From positions 13,818 through 56,154 of the forward strand of contig NW_005434564.1 in NCBI RefSeq assembly GCF_000315625.1: a DNA stretch of 42,337 bases, in the 5' to 3' direction. The notes under the pieces were generated by a model, which ran no database searches, was not told where the DNA came from, and worked only from the letters and a program-made list of their open reading frames with translations. The DNA comes from Guillardia theta CCMP2712 (Eukaryota; Protista; Cryptophyta). Positions within the stretch are counted from its first letter, which is position 1, and each line of letters starts with the position of its first letter. Shown here piece after piece: positions 23,076-37,143 of the stretch. The translations under genes were made by a program, and so were the position numbers.

Positions 23076-24594
23076 TTACTTGGGCAGCTTGTTGAGCTTC
23101 TTCAAGAGATCTTTGGCGTCATCCTGACATTCTTGATCCTCCTGGTTTGCGACGGCACGCTGTAGGTTCGACATCAGACGAGAGATTGAGAGTGAGAGGA
23201 GCAGAACGGAAGAAGGAGAAGAAGGGTCGGATGAGGAGAAGCGAGAAGGCAGGAGAGGAAGGGACAAAGGAGGAGAAGGAAAAAGGGAGGCAGGAAAGAA
23301 AACTGAGGGTGGGAAAGGAGAGGAGCGGAAAGGAGCTTGAGGAAGGTTTGCCTTACCTCGATGACCCGCGCCAACCAGAGCTTCGCATCCTCAAACTTCT
23401 CCAGCTTGACGTAGCACTTGGCGATCATCAGCTGGTTCTTGCTCCAGAAGCCCGGCTGCGATTTTATGAGCAAGGGCGAGGAGGAGAGAGAAAGAAAGAG
23501 AGGGGAGGGAGGAGGGGCCATGTGGAGGGGGGAGAGAAGACATATCAGAGGAGGGAAGCAGGACAGGCAGGGCAGGAAGCAGAGGGAAGGGACGAACGAT
23601 GAACGGAGGAGGCGAGGAGGAGGAAAAGCTGCTTGCCGAGATCTTTTCGGCATGCATGAAGTGCTGCAGTGCCTCTTCGAAGGAGGAGGTGGGGGGGGTC
23701 GCGAAGATTGCGGAGGCGATTTGCCGGTTCACAAAGGTGATGTCGGCGACGCTGAAGCTCCACTCCCCGATGAGATAGCGGGTGGTCGCGTCCTCGGGGT
23801 TCAACGCTGCTGCCTGGCTGGGGAGTTAGTGACGGCCGCAGCTGCAAAGGTGGAGCAGCAAGAGGAGCAGGGGGACAGGAGGAGGAGCAGAATTACAACT
23901 ATGGGCAAAAGCAAACAGAGAGACGGAGGAGGGGGAGGAGAGAGGAGGAGGGGGAGGGAGGAGGGGATAAAAGATGAGGACGAACCTTCTCCCAAAGCTC
24001 TCTGATCTTGTAGCTGTTCTTGATCGTTGCGGACGTTCCCTGCCCAACAGTAAGTCACTTGCCCTCGCCCTCCTCCCCTCTGCTTGCCTGGAACTCGCTG
24101 AGACGGTTGAGGATGATCCCGTACCACTTGAGCACGGCGAAGTCTTCCTGGTTGTTCTCCATGGCCTGCGGATGCTCGTGTAAGGCTCGTCCGCAACTCG
24201 TCAGGAACAAGAACCGACCTGCTGGATTATTGCCATGGCTTCGTCCACCTTGGCCTTCTGCACGTCCTTCTCCTTCTCCTCTTCCTGCCGACGGCTCTCT
24301 CAGTCCTGGAGCTCCCGCCATGGTTCGTCACCGAGAGGTTGTAGTACGCCCTTGCCAGTCTCCAGCACACGTGCACGTTTCCTTCCTTGTACAATTTGCT
24401 TCCTTCAATCACCTCCTGCGACCGACAGAGTCACTTCAGTATGTCGCTGGTAGCCATCTCACCTGGATCTCCTTGTGCTTCCCTTGCTTGAAGAGATCCT
24501 CCAGCCTTTCAATGAGCTCCTTCTCCTCCTTCTCCTCTTTGCTCCCCAGAAAGTTGATCCCCAACAGACCCATCAAACCCCGCGCCCTCCGCAT
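23076..24594 (-). CDS. RMDN1: Regulator of microtubule dynamics (RMDN/RMD1-like TPR protein); 5' end may extend further
   Basis: WRLARAYY, KWYGIIL, IKNSYKIRELWEKAAALNPEDATTRYLIGEWSFSVA, IASAIFATPPTSSFEEALQHF, PGFWSKNQLMIAKCY match RMDN1 blocks. Confidence 0.92.
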
Positions 24595-25109
24595 CCTCTC
24601 CTGTCATACAGACGTCATGTCGCAAGGAGAAACGTCCCATCCCACATCGAACTCACCCGTCCATCCTCGCTCCTCCCTCCTCCTGACCACTGCTCTTCAT
24701 GCTGCTGGGACATATTTCCAACCTTCATGTCCCTCGTCCACATTACGGACCACCGTTCCCGCCACCTTCCACCGCCTGCTGTATTCTTTGCCGGCGAAGC
24801 TAGCATTGCGCCGTGGGTTCCTCTCAGGATGCTAAGGCATCGGGCAGTCTGGTCGCAGACTCTCCTCATCTCTCCCCTGCCTGTCTTCCCCTTCCCGACG
24901 TATCTCAAACTCTGCATAGCTGAAGGAGGCGCAACCCCCTCCTTCCCCTTCCAACCACCCCTACCACCTGAATTCTATCAATTGTCATTAGGACCCTACC
25001 CCCTCTTTGACTAAATTTGTTGGGATTTCACCGTGTCTCCCGAAGACCCCACCCCTCACTTTTCACCCCCCATCCGAAACTTCACTCTAGGGAGGTGTTC
25101 GCTAGCTTG

Positions 25110-25748
25110 ATGGGCATGCGGCAGTTTGTCGAGGCCGCGCGGGCTGCTCAAGGGCTGGCTCTGGGGAGCCCTGAGGACTTAGGAAGCAGCCCTTCCTGCC
25201 CCTACTCCAACTGGGTCCTCCCGTCCCGCTTGCTCTGCGGCCCTTACCCGGGCCATGATGGAGTCAACTTCAGTACTTTCCAGGAAGCGAAGGAGAACAT
25301 GGATAGGATCCTGTCGGACGGGATCGACACGTTCATCTGCCTGCAGGAGGAGGAGGAGGTTGTCAGCAACCGGCCTAGGTATGCTCCCCTTGCTGGCTCC
25401 GACAAAACATTCGTCCACCTCCCGATCCCCGACGGCTCAGTTCCATCCCACCGCAAGTTCATCGAGCATCTCACGGGTATTATCAACTTCATCCTTCATG
25501 GTCGCAAGGTCTACTTGCACTGCGCCGGCGGCCATGGCAGGACAGGCACGTACGTCGCTGCGATCTTGCAGATCTTCTACAGGCTGGGAGCCAACGAGTC
25601 CCTGTACATTACACAGTATCTTCACAACACGAGGAGGCTGGTCGACAAGCGGGCCCGCGGGAGCATTCCTCCTCTCAGCCCGGCCACTGAGTGTCAGTTC
25701 AAGCTCGTGCGCGATGTGGAGACGCTCATGAAGTTTGTCAACGTTTGA
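25110..25748 (+). CDS. Intronless dual-specificity/tyrosine protein phosphatase (CX5R)
   Basis: VYLHCAGGHGRTG catalytic loop, LPIPDGSVP acid loop and SNWVLP..GPYPG N-terminal motif in one uninterrupted ORF. Confidence 0.9.
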   Translation: MGMRQFVEAARAAQGLALGSPEDLGSSPSCPYSNWVLPSRLLCGPYPGHDGVNFSTFQEAKENMDRILSDGIDTFICLQEEEEVVSNRPRYAPLAGSDKTFVHLPIPDGSVPSHRKFIEHLTGIINFILHGRKVYLHCAGGHGRTGTYVAAILQIFYRLGANESLYITQYLHNTRRLVDKRARGSIPPLSPATECQFKLVRDVETLMKFVNV

Positions 25749-25848
25749 TCGACACAAGACGCCTGACCTCCCGAGCTACTGCTGAGCGACCTAACGCGCC
25801 AGGGCTCCTGCAGCAGAGGTCCTCCTGGGGGCATGCCGGTAGCTCAGC

Positions 25849-28800
25849 TCAGCTCTCTTGCTGCCCCTGCTCTCACTCTCAGGTGCATCCTACCGCGCAC
25901 AGCACACTGACCTGCCCATAGAGGAGAAGAAACGCGCTGCCCATGGTGTGCACATACGTCCCCCTCTCCAGCTGCCATGACAGTCAGGAGTGTAGAAAAG
26001 TAAAGAGAGTTGAGGGCGAGCAAGGAGAGTGGAGGTCAAGCAAGGAGAGTTGAGGTCAAGCAAGGAGGGTGGAGGTCAAGCAAGGAGGTTGGAGGTCGAG
26101 CCTGGTCGAAGAGAACTCCTGTGCTCTGCGGTTTCTTGTCGGCATCCAACAGGAGAGGAGCCTGCTGGGAGTGTCACATGGAGCTGAAGGGAAGGACGGA
26201 AAATCGACCTTGTTCTTGTCCTGGAAGTTTGGAAGTTGCCCAATGACCCCGTCGAAGTATCCTCCTCCAAGAGGAACATCTTCCAGCTGTTTCAGAGCTG
26301 GACCGCAAACTAACACGTCTCGGCTTCATCTCACCTGGAAAATCTTGAACGAAGCTGCGAGCATGCATTAGTCTTGAATGCAATCTTTGACCCTTCTTCA
26401 CTTACCCTGCGTTCTCCACATTCTCTCTCCCATACAGTTGCGGCCCTCTTGCCTGCACGTGCTGAATCAGCCAAGAGATCTTGCCATGATATGTTGACCT
26501 GGTCGGCAAACAGCAGAGCCCCAGCTGGAAGTTTCTTGTCGACCTTGCGAGAGTTTCTCTAGAGAAAGAGGGACATTCAGAACCAACAGCCGAGAGGGAG
26601 GGAGAGCAGGAGTAGGGATTTTCTTACTTCGAGCTTCCATCTCATCCTCAGTTGCTGCAGCTCTTGTTCTGCGCATGAGGTCAACAACTTGTCACCGGCA
26701 TTGACTTACTCACCAGCATTCGCCGCATCTCTGATGTGAAACCTAACAACCTGCCCCACTCGCACACCATCTGCAATTCAAAAGGATTTCACCATACGGA
26801 CTGAAGCTGCAGGGCGCTTTGTCTTGCACAGACCTGCCAGGAAGACGGGCCCATCCTTCTCCACGTTCAAGATGGGCCGGACGATGTACTGGTGCTTGTC
26901 CGCCTCGTCCTCTGCAAGCTTCTCAGTGTGAGGAGGAGGTCAAAGGAGAGTCAACCTAGAGGAGTGAGAGAAGTGCCGAGAGCGAGGAACTGAACAAGAG
27001 AGTCAGAGCCGGTCTCTTCCCCTTTGACCCAGACCCTCGTGGACTCGATGAAGCTTTGCTGGTCGATGGTTCCAGCAAAGACGGCGAGCTCAAAGAGCAC
27101 CATGGGCGCTCCCTCCGCCTCCTCCGTCGTGCCAATCTCTCTCATCCGGGTGATGATCGTTCCGTTCATCTCGGTGCCCAGGACCTGAAAGTCAAGTTGA
27201 CGCCTGTCATTCTTCCTCACTTGCCAGCCACCTCGTAGTTGGGACCGATGGGTCTTGATCCCTGGGCGACCACAGCGTCAGCCGCTATCCCTGCGAGTGA
27301 AGAGTCAAGTCAGGCGCTGCAATGCACACACTCCCTCACCTCCTCTGAAGGCGATTCCTGCCAGCCCCTCGGAAAAGCAACACTGCTCCAGCGATGATAT
27401 GTCTTTGACGTCCTGCCGTTGATGAATGCGCGACAAGAAGACAGAGGCGTCAGGCTCTACCTTGAGAGAGGGGAGGAAGAAGAACTCTCTCTCGTGGGTG
27501 TCCATCGTCCGTCCAGCCAGCGCCCCGATCTGCGCACAAGTTGAGCTGCCAGGCTGCGGCCGATCATGACGGCAGATGATCTCTAGATTGCCTTGCGGGC
27601 GGAGGGGAAAACGAAGTCGAGGCTGTCGAGTACCTGAATACATCAAACAGTGAGGAGACTGAGCTGAAAGCTGCCAACTCTCACTTTGCGGATGAAGGTC
27701 GACTCCTCTGGGTGGCCGAACATGAACAGAACCTGCGATTGGGGTCAAATGGAGGTCAAACGATGATTCCAATTCATAGTGGCAACGTACAGCGTCATCA
27801 CCACTCGCTCCCTGACTCGGCTGGAAGGATGCGGAGATGCCGGCTTTCTCCCAATCGGACTGAGTGATGTGAAACGTCACAAATGGCGGATCAGACTGTT
27901 GGCACACGCCTGCCTCCAACCGTCGTTGAACGACTGCCACAACGCATTAATCTCTTTTATAAGAACAATGCTGATACCTCTGGCTTCACGAAGAATGGAG
28001 ACACCTGCAAACATCCTGTCACTTGCATGGACTAAGAGGGAGCGTTTGACAACTCACCTCACTGTCAGGGAGGTTCGCTAGCACAACGCAGACTCCGCTG
28101 TCCTTGCCCACGTTCTCTGTCGTCCCGAGGATGGATCCTCCGACTGAGCAGCTTTGTTCTCACGTGTCAGGCCCGATGTAAACCCCATGGCAACATGCTG
28201 CACCCGGCTATCGGAACATCGTTCCATCCTCTTTGCAGGAAGTTGCGGCTGATCAATGACATGGCACGGGAATACTTCTCGGATCCTTGCTGAAACACCC
28301 TTGTGTCTACAACAAACACGAGCATAAGAACATGGTTGGTTCAGTGAACATGCTACTGCCGATCTGCGTACCTTCGGTGACAAGAACTCCCCCAGCTTCT
28401 CCAACGTTGCAGTAACTGGAGCTTACGAACAAGAAGCAAAACGAAGGGACCGTCCCTTCCGGAAGCTGTCTCGCACTGTGACTAGGAGTCGCAGCAGCCA
28501 ACAACCGAGACCTGTTTCGAGGCATCTCGCAGAGCAGACGCTATCGCGTCGCCAAGCACTTCAGACTGAAGAGGTCGGTGAGATTAGACGGGTTCCTCAA
28601 GTGCAGGACTCACGTTTGATCGCCCGCTGACCAGACGGGCTGCAGTAATGAGTCATTGATCTTAGAACCCAAAGGTGGTCAAGACTCTCAGCTCACCACG
28701 CATCACTGCTGACATGTTCTCCTCAGGCGCCGTGTCAGCAGATGTCTGCATTCTCAACTGCCCTGCCTGGTGCCTGCTGGCAGGGGCATGTGAGATTGTC

Positions 28801-29178
28801 GTCTGTCATGCTCAAACCAAACCTCAAAGGAAGCCTGGCTCGCCCTCCAAACCCTTGAGAACAGCAAGTCCTAAGCCTTAGATTGCTTGTAACGGGGTTG
28901 ACCTGGGCAGGAAGCACATTGATAATCAATTTCTGCTAGTAGAGCACAGCACAAGGGGCGTGCGATTACATTCATCGAAAATCCTGCACAGCGTTCCGCC
29001 ATGGTTAGAGCAAGTAGGATGCTGTTCGAGAGAAAATTCAGTTGATGTTCTTCAGTCTTCTGAAAAGATCCGTGTATTGATATGAGATGGAAGAGAGTAG
29101 TGATGTAAGATAAACGAGCATGGGTTCTACCCACCTACTCATGAAGCTCGCAATGCCTGACATGGACGCTTTGACCAT
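25849..29178 (-). CDS. FIST N + FIST C domain protein with bipartite plastid presequence (start uncertain)
   Basis: PSFCFLFVSSSY, VPIAGC, GIAADAVVAQGSRPIGPNYEV, GALLFADQARGPQLYG, VPLGGGYFDGVIG, TYVHTMGSAFLLL are FIST-family blocks. The N-terminus reads ..ILLALTMAERCAG-FSMN followed by an R/S-rich transit peptide. Confidence 0.8.
26004..26100. repeat. ~20-nt tandem repeat (CAAGGAGAGTTGAGGTCAAG-like) in an intron of the FIST gene
   Basis: Read directly; 4-5 imperfect copies. Confidence 0.7.
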
Positions 29179-29509
29179 TGCGCTACGAGTTGTGACTTCA
29201 ACTTCTTGAAATGATCCTGGTCGTTGTAGCCGTTAGCAAACATGAACGCAGGAGGTCGGAGCCAAAAGCCATGTCGACGCAACAGTCCAGAAGCTCAACA
29301 TGTAAAATTGCACCTGAGCACTCCCATCATTCTCTTTGTTCAGTGATCATAAACCTATTTCCATGTATTCGGTACGCTGTTTTCATTCAGTTGGCATCAT
29401 CTCATCTCTGCTACCATTCCTCCCCGTCTCCTTACGTTCTCTCTTACGACGGATCCCTTCAGTTCCACTGAACAGAGTCAAAGCTGTCCCGTGCAGAGAA
29501 TCTCACTCT

Positions 29510-29728
29510 CCTCCTCATCTCCTCCTTTCCTCTCCTCCTCTCCTCCTCTCCTCCTCTCCTCCTCTCCTCCTCTCCTCCTCTCCTCCTCTCCTCCTCTCCT
29601 CCTCTCCTCCTCTCCTCCTCTCCTCCTCTCCTCCTCTCCTCCTCTCCTCCTCTCCTCCTCTCCTCCTCTCCTCCTCTCCTCCTCTCCTCCTCTCCTCCTC
29701 TCCTCCTCTCCTCCTCTCCTCCTCCTCC
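29510..29728. repeat. 21-nt pyrimidine tandem repeat (about 9 copies)
   Basis: Produces LLSSSPP / EEERRRGG periodic pseudo-ORFs. Confidence 0.9.
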
Positions 29729-29799
29729 TGCCTCGCATCGAACCATCTGATTCACGTCTCCCTTCAACATGAGGCGCAACAGGCTTGCAATCTGTCGCA

Positions 29800-30640
29800 C
29801 CACCCTGCCCTCTGAAAATCATCCATGCACCCCACCACCCCTAGGTCCATGTACGCATCACACCCCTGTGAAACTCATCAAAAGTACCCGTGTTAGGTAG
29901 ATCTACCCCTAGGTTACAGATTCCTATTATCACCCCCACCCCCCTTCTTGCCTCTAGGTACAACAACTGCACGTCTGCAACGCCGGGTGGCCGGGCCCGG
30001 GGGCCCTCAGTTCAACGAGTCCCGGCGAGGCTCCGAGGCTCCGAGGCTCAGCCGTGGCACAGGCTCTTCCGACCGTCCAGACGGTCGGACTCCGGGGTGA
30101 CTCAATGGGAGAGCTCACTGTCAGTGAGTGAATCCGCCGATCTGACTCGGATCCACTGCCGCACTCAGTGACTAACCTGTCACAGCCTGGCAGTGTCGTC
30201 ACACGGCCCGAGTCACCGGGCCCCGGAACGCCGTGACTCCGACGCGGGGTCAGCATCACCGGGGCGTCCTACTATCATCACCGTCACCCGCCCGTCACCG
30301 CACAGTCGGACGGTCCGACACCGACACCGTCACCATCACCCGGTCACCCGGCCCGGAAGCGGCGCGGCCCTTCCGGGCCGCGAGTCACTCCCAGTGACCG
30401 GGTGAACAGGCCCGGCGGCGCGGGCGCGGCGCCCGGCCCCCGGGGCGCGGCCCGGGGCGGGCGCGGCCATGCCATGACTCTGTGACTCGATGGTGCGCGG
30501 CCGCGTGACGCGGCCCTCACTGGGGTGACCAGTCCGATCCGACTCCGGGCCGGCGTCATGGATGACTCGGAGCCACTCAGGCACTCCGGGCCGGCCTACA
30601 GCCTAGCCAGTACCGTACGGTTCTATTTTCGGGTGTCCCA
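29800..30640. promoter_or_regulatory. Divergent promoter region FIST/CA-like with a YACCCC cluster and a GC-rich GACTC/GTCAC/CCGGG block
   Basis: Lies between head-to-head genes. Shares the exact 14-mer CCGAGGCTCAGCCG with 9080-9093. Confidence 0.5.
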
Positions 30641-30647
30641 GGCCGCC

Positions 30648-32500
30648 ATGGCTGGCTCCGTGAGTGATCGCGAGGAGGAGATGGGGCGAGAGGAGTCGTC
30701 AAGCCGTTATCCTGTCATCAGTCACTGTACAGTACCCGCAAGGAGACATGAAAGTTTCAGCGAGAAGAGCCGAACATGGCTGAGAGTGAGCGTGGGATGC
30801 TTGGGCCTTGTTTTCCTCTTAGCCGTGATGCTTGCGCGGGGAGAGACGCCAGCAGGAGAGACTCAGCTCGCCATGGTCTACGTGAATGAGGACAATGCGG
30901 TTGTAAAACAAGTGCTCCCCTTCTGTTATGAAGCTCATTCAGCTTTTCCCTTCAGGTGCAAAGGAAAGCTGCTGAGCAGAGGCTCTTTCTCAAAGCCACG
31001 ACTGCTGGTGCCGATCTCCATGTACATCATCCATCTTCTCGCATGATTTCATTCTTGCCAGCTGAACAAGCTGCTCAAGATGCTAGAAAGGCCATGGATA
31101 TCCATAATTTACAGGTGCGATGTGAAACTGCCCTGTAGTCATCACAATCGGTACTCGCAGTCTCCTTCATCTTTCGGGATTCCCGTGGAATCGACCCAAG
31201 AGACAAGGATGGTAACTCTCGACTGACTTCTCTTGAATTCAGCTGATTGGTCATGTTCAGTACCCATGGAGTATGGATGGAGCTCGACGACGCATCTCCA
31301 GGGTCTACAGGGTTTCTGAATCTCCGTCAGGTTGCGAGCTGCCAGCTTGATTCAACAGATAGCATAATGTTTGCCTGCTGCAGATGATAGCGAATTTTAT
31401 AATCCAAGCCGGGATAACCATATGGTTTCATTCGAGTCAGAGCAGGTCCGATGCGCTCATACTCGTAAACTGATTTCTGACATTGATTTATCTCAGGGGT
31501 TGAATGCTTACAAGAGATATGATGGTGAGACTGAGATGTTTGGTTTGATTTTGATGGTGCTAAAGTTGGTGTGCCTATGAAAGAATCGGTTGGTAACCGC
31601 ATGATGAGGATTTATCCCACGACGAGGCCTTCAGTTCAAGACATCATCATCCGACATGCCCATGCAGATGAGTCAGATCTTTGCAAGACCGGGAAGCGAC
31701 AATCGCCCATCAACATTGAGCTCGACGTGGTCAACAAGAAGCTTCCTGTCATTTCTTGGAGAATTACAAATGCTGCGGAAGCAAAGTTTCGGCGAATGTC
31801 TGCCGGATCGGGACCAAGCGAAATGTTGATTCGTGAAGGAAATTGGAAGATGGTAAGAAATTTTACATTTTTGTTTTCTCCAAGGATCTGATATCCTTTT
31901 AGAACTACATCTTGGAGGGGCACGTGTATGAACTGGATCTAATGTATATTCACACACCAAGCGAGCATCGAATAGCAAGTCAGCGTTTCGAGATGGAGCT
32001 GCAGCTGTTTCTTCACTCAAAGTCGACTTCCACGTAATTGCTTCAGTATGGTTCTCCTATAGTTGACTCTGCTGGCAGTCAAATAGCCTTTGCGGTTGTG
32101 TTTGCACTAGAGGAAAAATCAACCCCCCAGGTTCACGCACTCTCGGAGACTCTTTACCGAGCGGCTTCGCTGGGCTCTTCTTCTATCCGCCTCGACTTCG
32201 GCTTGCTGTCTCTGGAGATTCTCTCACAGGTAACGGCGCTATCACCTCGCACGTCACCTCTGACTCTCCCGACAGACTCAGCGGATCGACCCGACTGCCA
32301 CCAACGCCGAGAGCTACTTCACCTACGATGGGTCCAGGACGCGCAAACCCTGCACAGAAAACGTTCGCTGGATCGTCCTCAAGAATCCGCTGCCCATCAG
32401 CAGGCTAGACCTGCAGGTCTTTAGAGAGTTTGCCAGCGGGCTCTCTAGGGATACCCAACCTCTCAATGGCCGAGAAGTAGAATCGCGTGAGCGAGCTTGA
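30648..32500 (+). CDS. Type II membrane alpha-carbonic anhydrase-related protein, predicted acatalytic
   Basis: N-terminal TM (VSVGCLGLVFLLAVML), then CKTGKRQSPINI, YELDLMYIHTPSEH, RFEMELQLFLH, YFTYDGSRTRKPCTENVRWIVLKNPLPIS, TQPLNGREV. Stop at 32498-32500. Confidence 0.9.
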
Positions 32501-32560
32501 TTTACTTTAATTACATCACTGTCCTTCCGTATCCTGCACCAACTACAACTCACTTGTTCA

Positions 32561-33175
32561 TTACCCTTCTAGCTCGTCGAAGGTGTCGATCTGTGGAATA
32601 TGCGCAAGCTTCAGTCTCGTCATGAATTTCCCGTTGTTCAGCTCCTCATTCAAATCAACATCGTTTCCGACGAGAGTATGCACCACGCCGTCAAAGATGT
32701 AGAGCTGAGGGGTGCCATTCTCCCGGGCATAAGCAACACGCTCATGGATTCCGTTGATGTTCGGTAGAGCTTCATTGATATCAATTTCAACGAGATCGTG
32801 CCGCACATCTGCCAGAACAAAGCAAAGCATGGCCTTGATTTGATTCGATACAGGACAGTCCTTCTCCATGTACACTTCAACCGCTGGCTTCAAGGGACTG
32901 GGAGATCGAAACAGCTCATACGAAGTTCCTTCTCCTTTGCCTGCATTCCTGAAAATATTCGCAGCATTCGCGCGTGACCCTTTCAGGGACCCACTAGTCG
33001 CAGTAATTGATCTTCCTCTGCCTGTCCTCGGCCGGACATCCTTCAAGGCGAGTAGGTGGGGAGGGTGTGACGCAGTGAACGCAGCTGAAACATCCAGCAG
33101 CATCATGAAGCCCAGCAGGAGGATGTAGCTGGCGCTGCTTGCTCCGCCATGGGCGGTCGCTTCGCCCCGATGCAT
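32561..33175 (-). CDS. Plastid-targeted glutaredoxin-like protein (CPVS), intronless
   Basis: Signal ILLLGFMMLLDVSAA-F plus transit peptide. VEVYMEKDCPVSNQIKAML, TPQLYI and DLNEELNNGKF..RLK follow the Grx-fold pattern. Confidence 0.75.
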   Translation of the reverse strand: MHRGEATAHGGASSASYILLLGFMMLLDVSAAFTASHPPHLLALKDVRPRTGRGRSITATSGSLKGSRANAANIFRNAGKGEGTSYELFRSPSPLKPAVEVYMEKDCPVSNQIKAMLCFVLADVRHDLVEIDINEALPNINGIHERVAYARENGTPQLYIFDGVVHTLVGNDVDLNEELNNGKFMTRLKLAHIPQIDTFDELEG

Positions 33176-33907
33176 TGCGCCCGATCAACGATCCCCCAGT
33201 TTTTCAATCCCTTGTTGATATTCAACGATCAAATTTCAAATTAAAATACAACAGTTTCGAACACATTGAAACAAACCCAGAAGAGTCATATGCGGGCCCG
33301 CCTCAATTGGTTGGAAGAGACCATAACTTTGGCTGTATCATCAAAATCAGTTCTGAAATTTGAAAGTTTCATACAGCTCATTTCAGTGTTTAGGCAACTG
33401 CCACCCATTGAGAATTGGGGAGTTTTGCTTTTTTCCACTCTCATATTTCAATTTTGTATTGATTTTTTACAACTTTTCGAAATTTTGAAGGAAATGGTTC
33501 GAGATTGGTGATCGGTTTCGGCAATGGAAGTAGCGATGGCAGACTGTTTGTGGAAGAAGAGGAGGATAGAAGAGGAGCAGGCAAAGATGTAGTCATGGCA
33601 TGCGATGCACATAGAAAGACACAAGATGCAGCGAAAAACATTGAACAACGTGAGAAAAGGGTTGAAAGGGAGGGGGCGAGCAAGCAAGATCGAGATAAGA
33701 TCCTATCATGCAACTTCCTATCAAGCAGAATGAGCTCTCAGCGAATCGCGTCAACAACTCAACATGTCTTGGTCCGAGTTAATCGTCTGGATACCCAGCC
33801 ACATCGCTTCTCTCTCCTGCTCTTCTCCTTGTGCAAAGCTTGCATAACGAATCACTACCTACTTGTTCTCTTGCCCTTCTTACCTCTGTGTTCCCAGTCT
33901 TGCTCCC

Positions 33908-36872
<2,965 letters not shown>

Positions 36873-37143
36873 GATGATTAGCATGTTATAGTGGAGATCA
36901 TGGGGGAACAGCGGTTGTTACGTGCTCCATGCTACTTGTTGCTGCTTCGCCGCGCACAAGTCTTTCCTCCCCCTTGCAGCCTCCGTCGCACCCTCCATCT
37001 CCTACTGCCCTCCCCGCATGTCAAGTTGGCCCTTTCCCCCATTGTGCTGCGTCCCTGGCACAGGATCGCTCAGACTTGGAGGAGAATGGAGCAGTCTCGC
37101 GCGCAGGAGCCGCAGTGCCTCATTTTTAGCTCTATTTGATTCA

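Noticed and set aside
29459-29822. EEERRRGG / LLSSSPP repeat ORFs; possible CRISPR-like array
   Set aside because: Pure 21-nt pyrimidine tandem repeat with no spacers; eukaryotic context.
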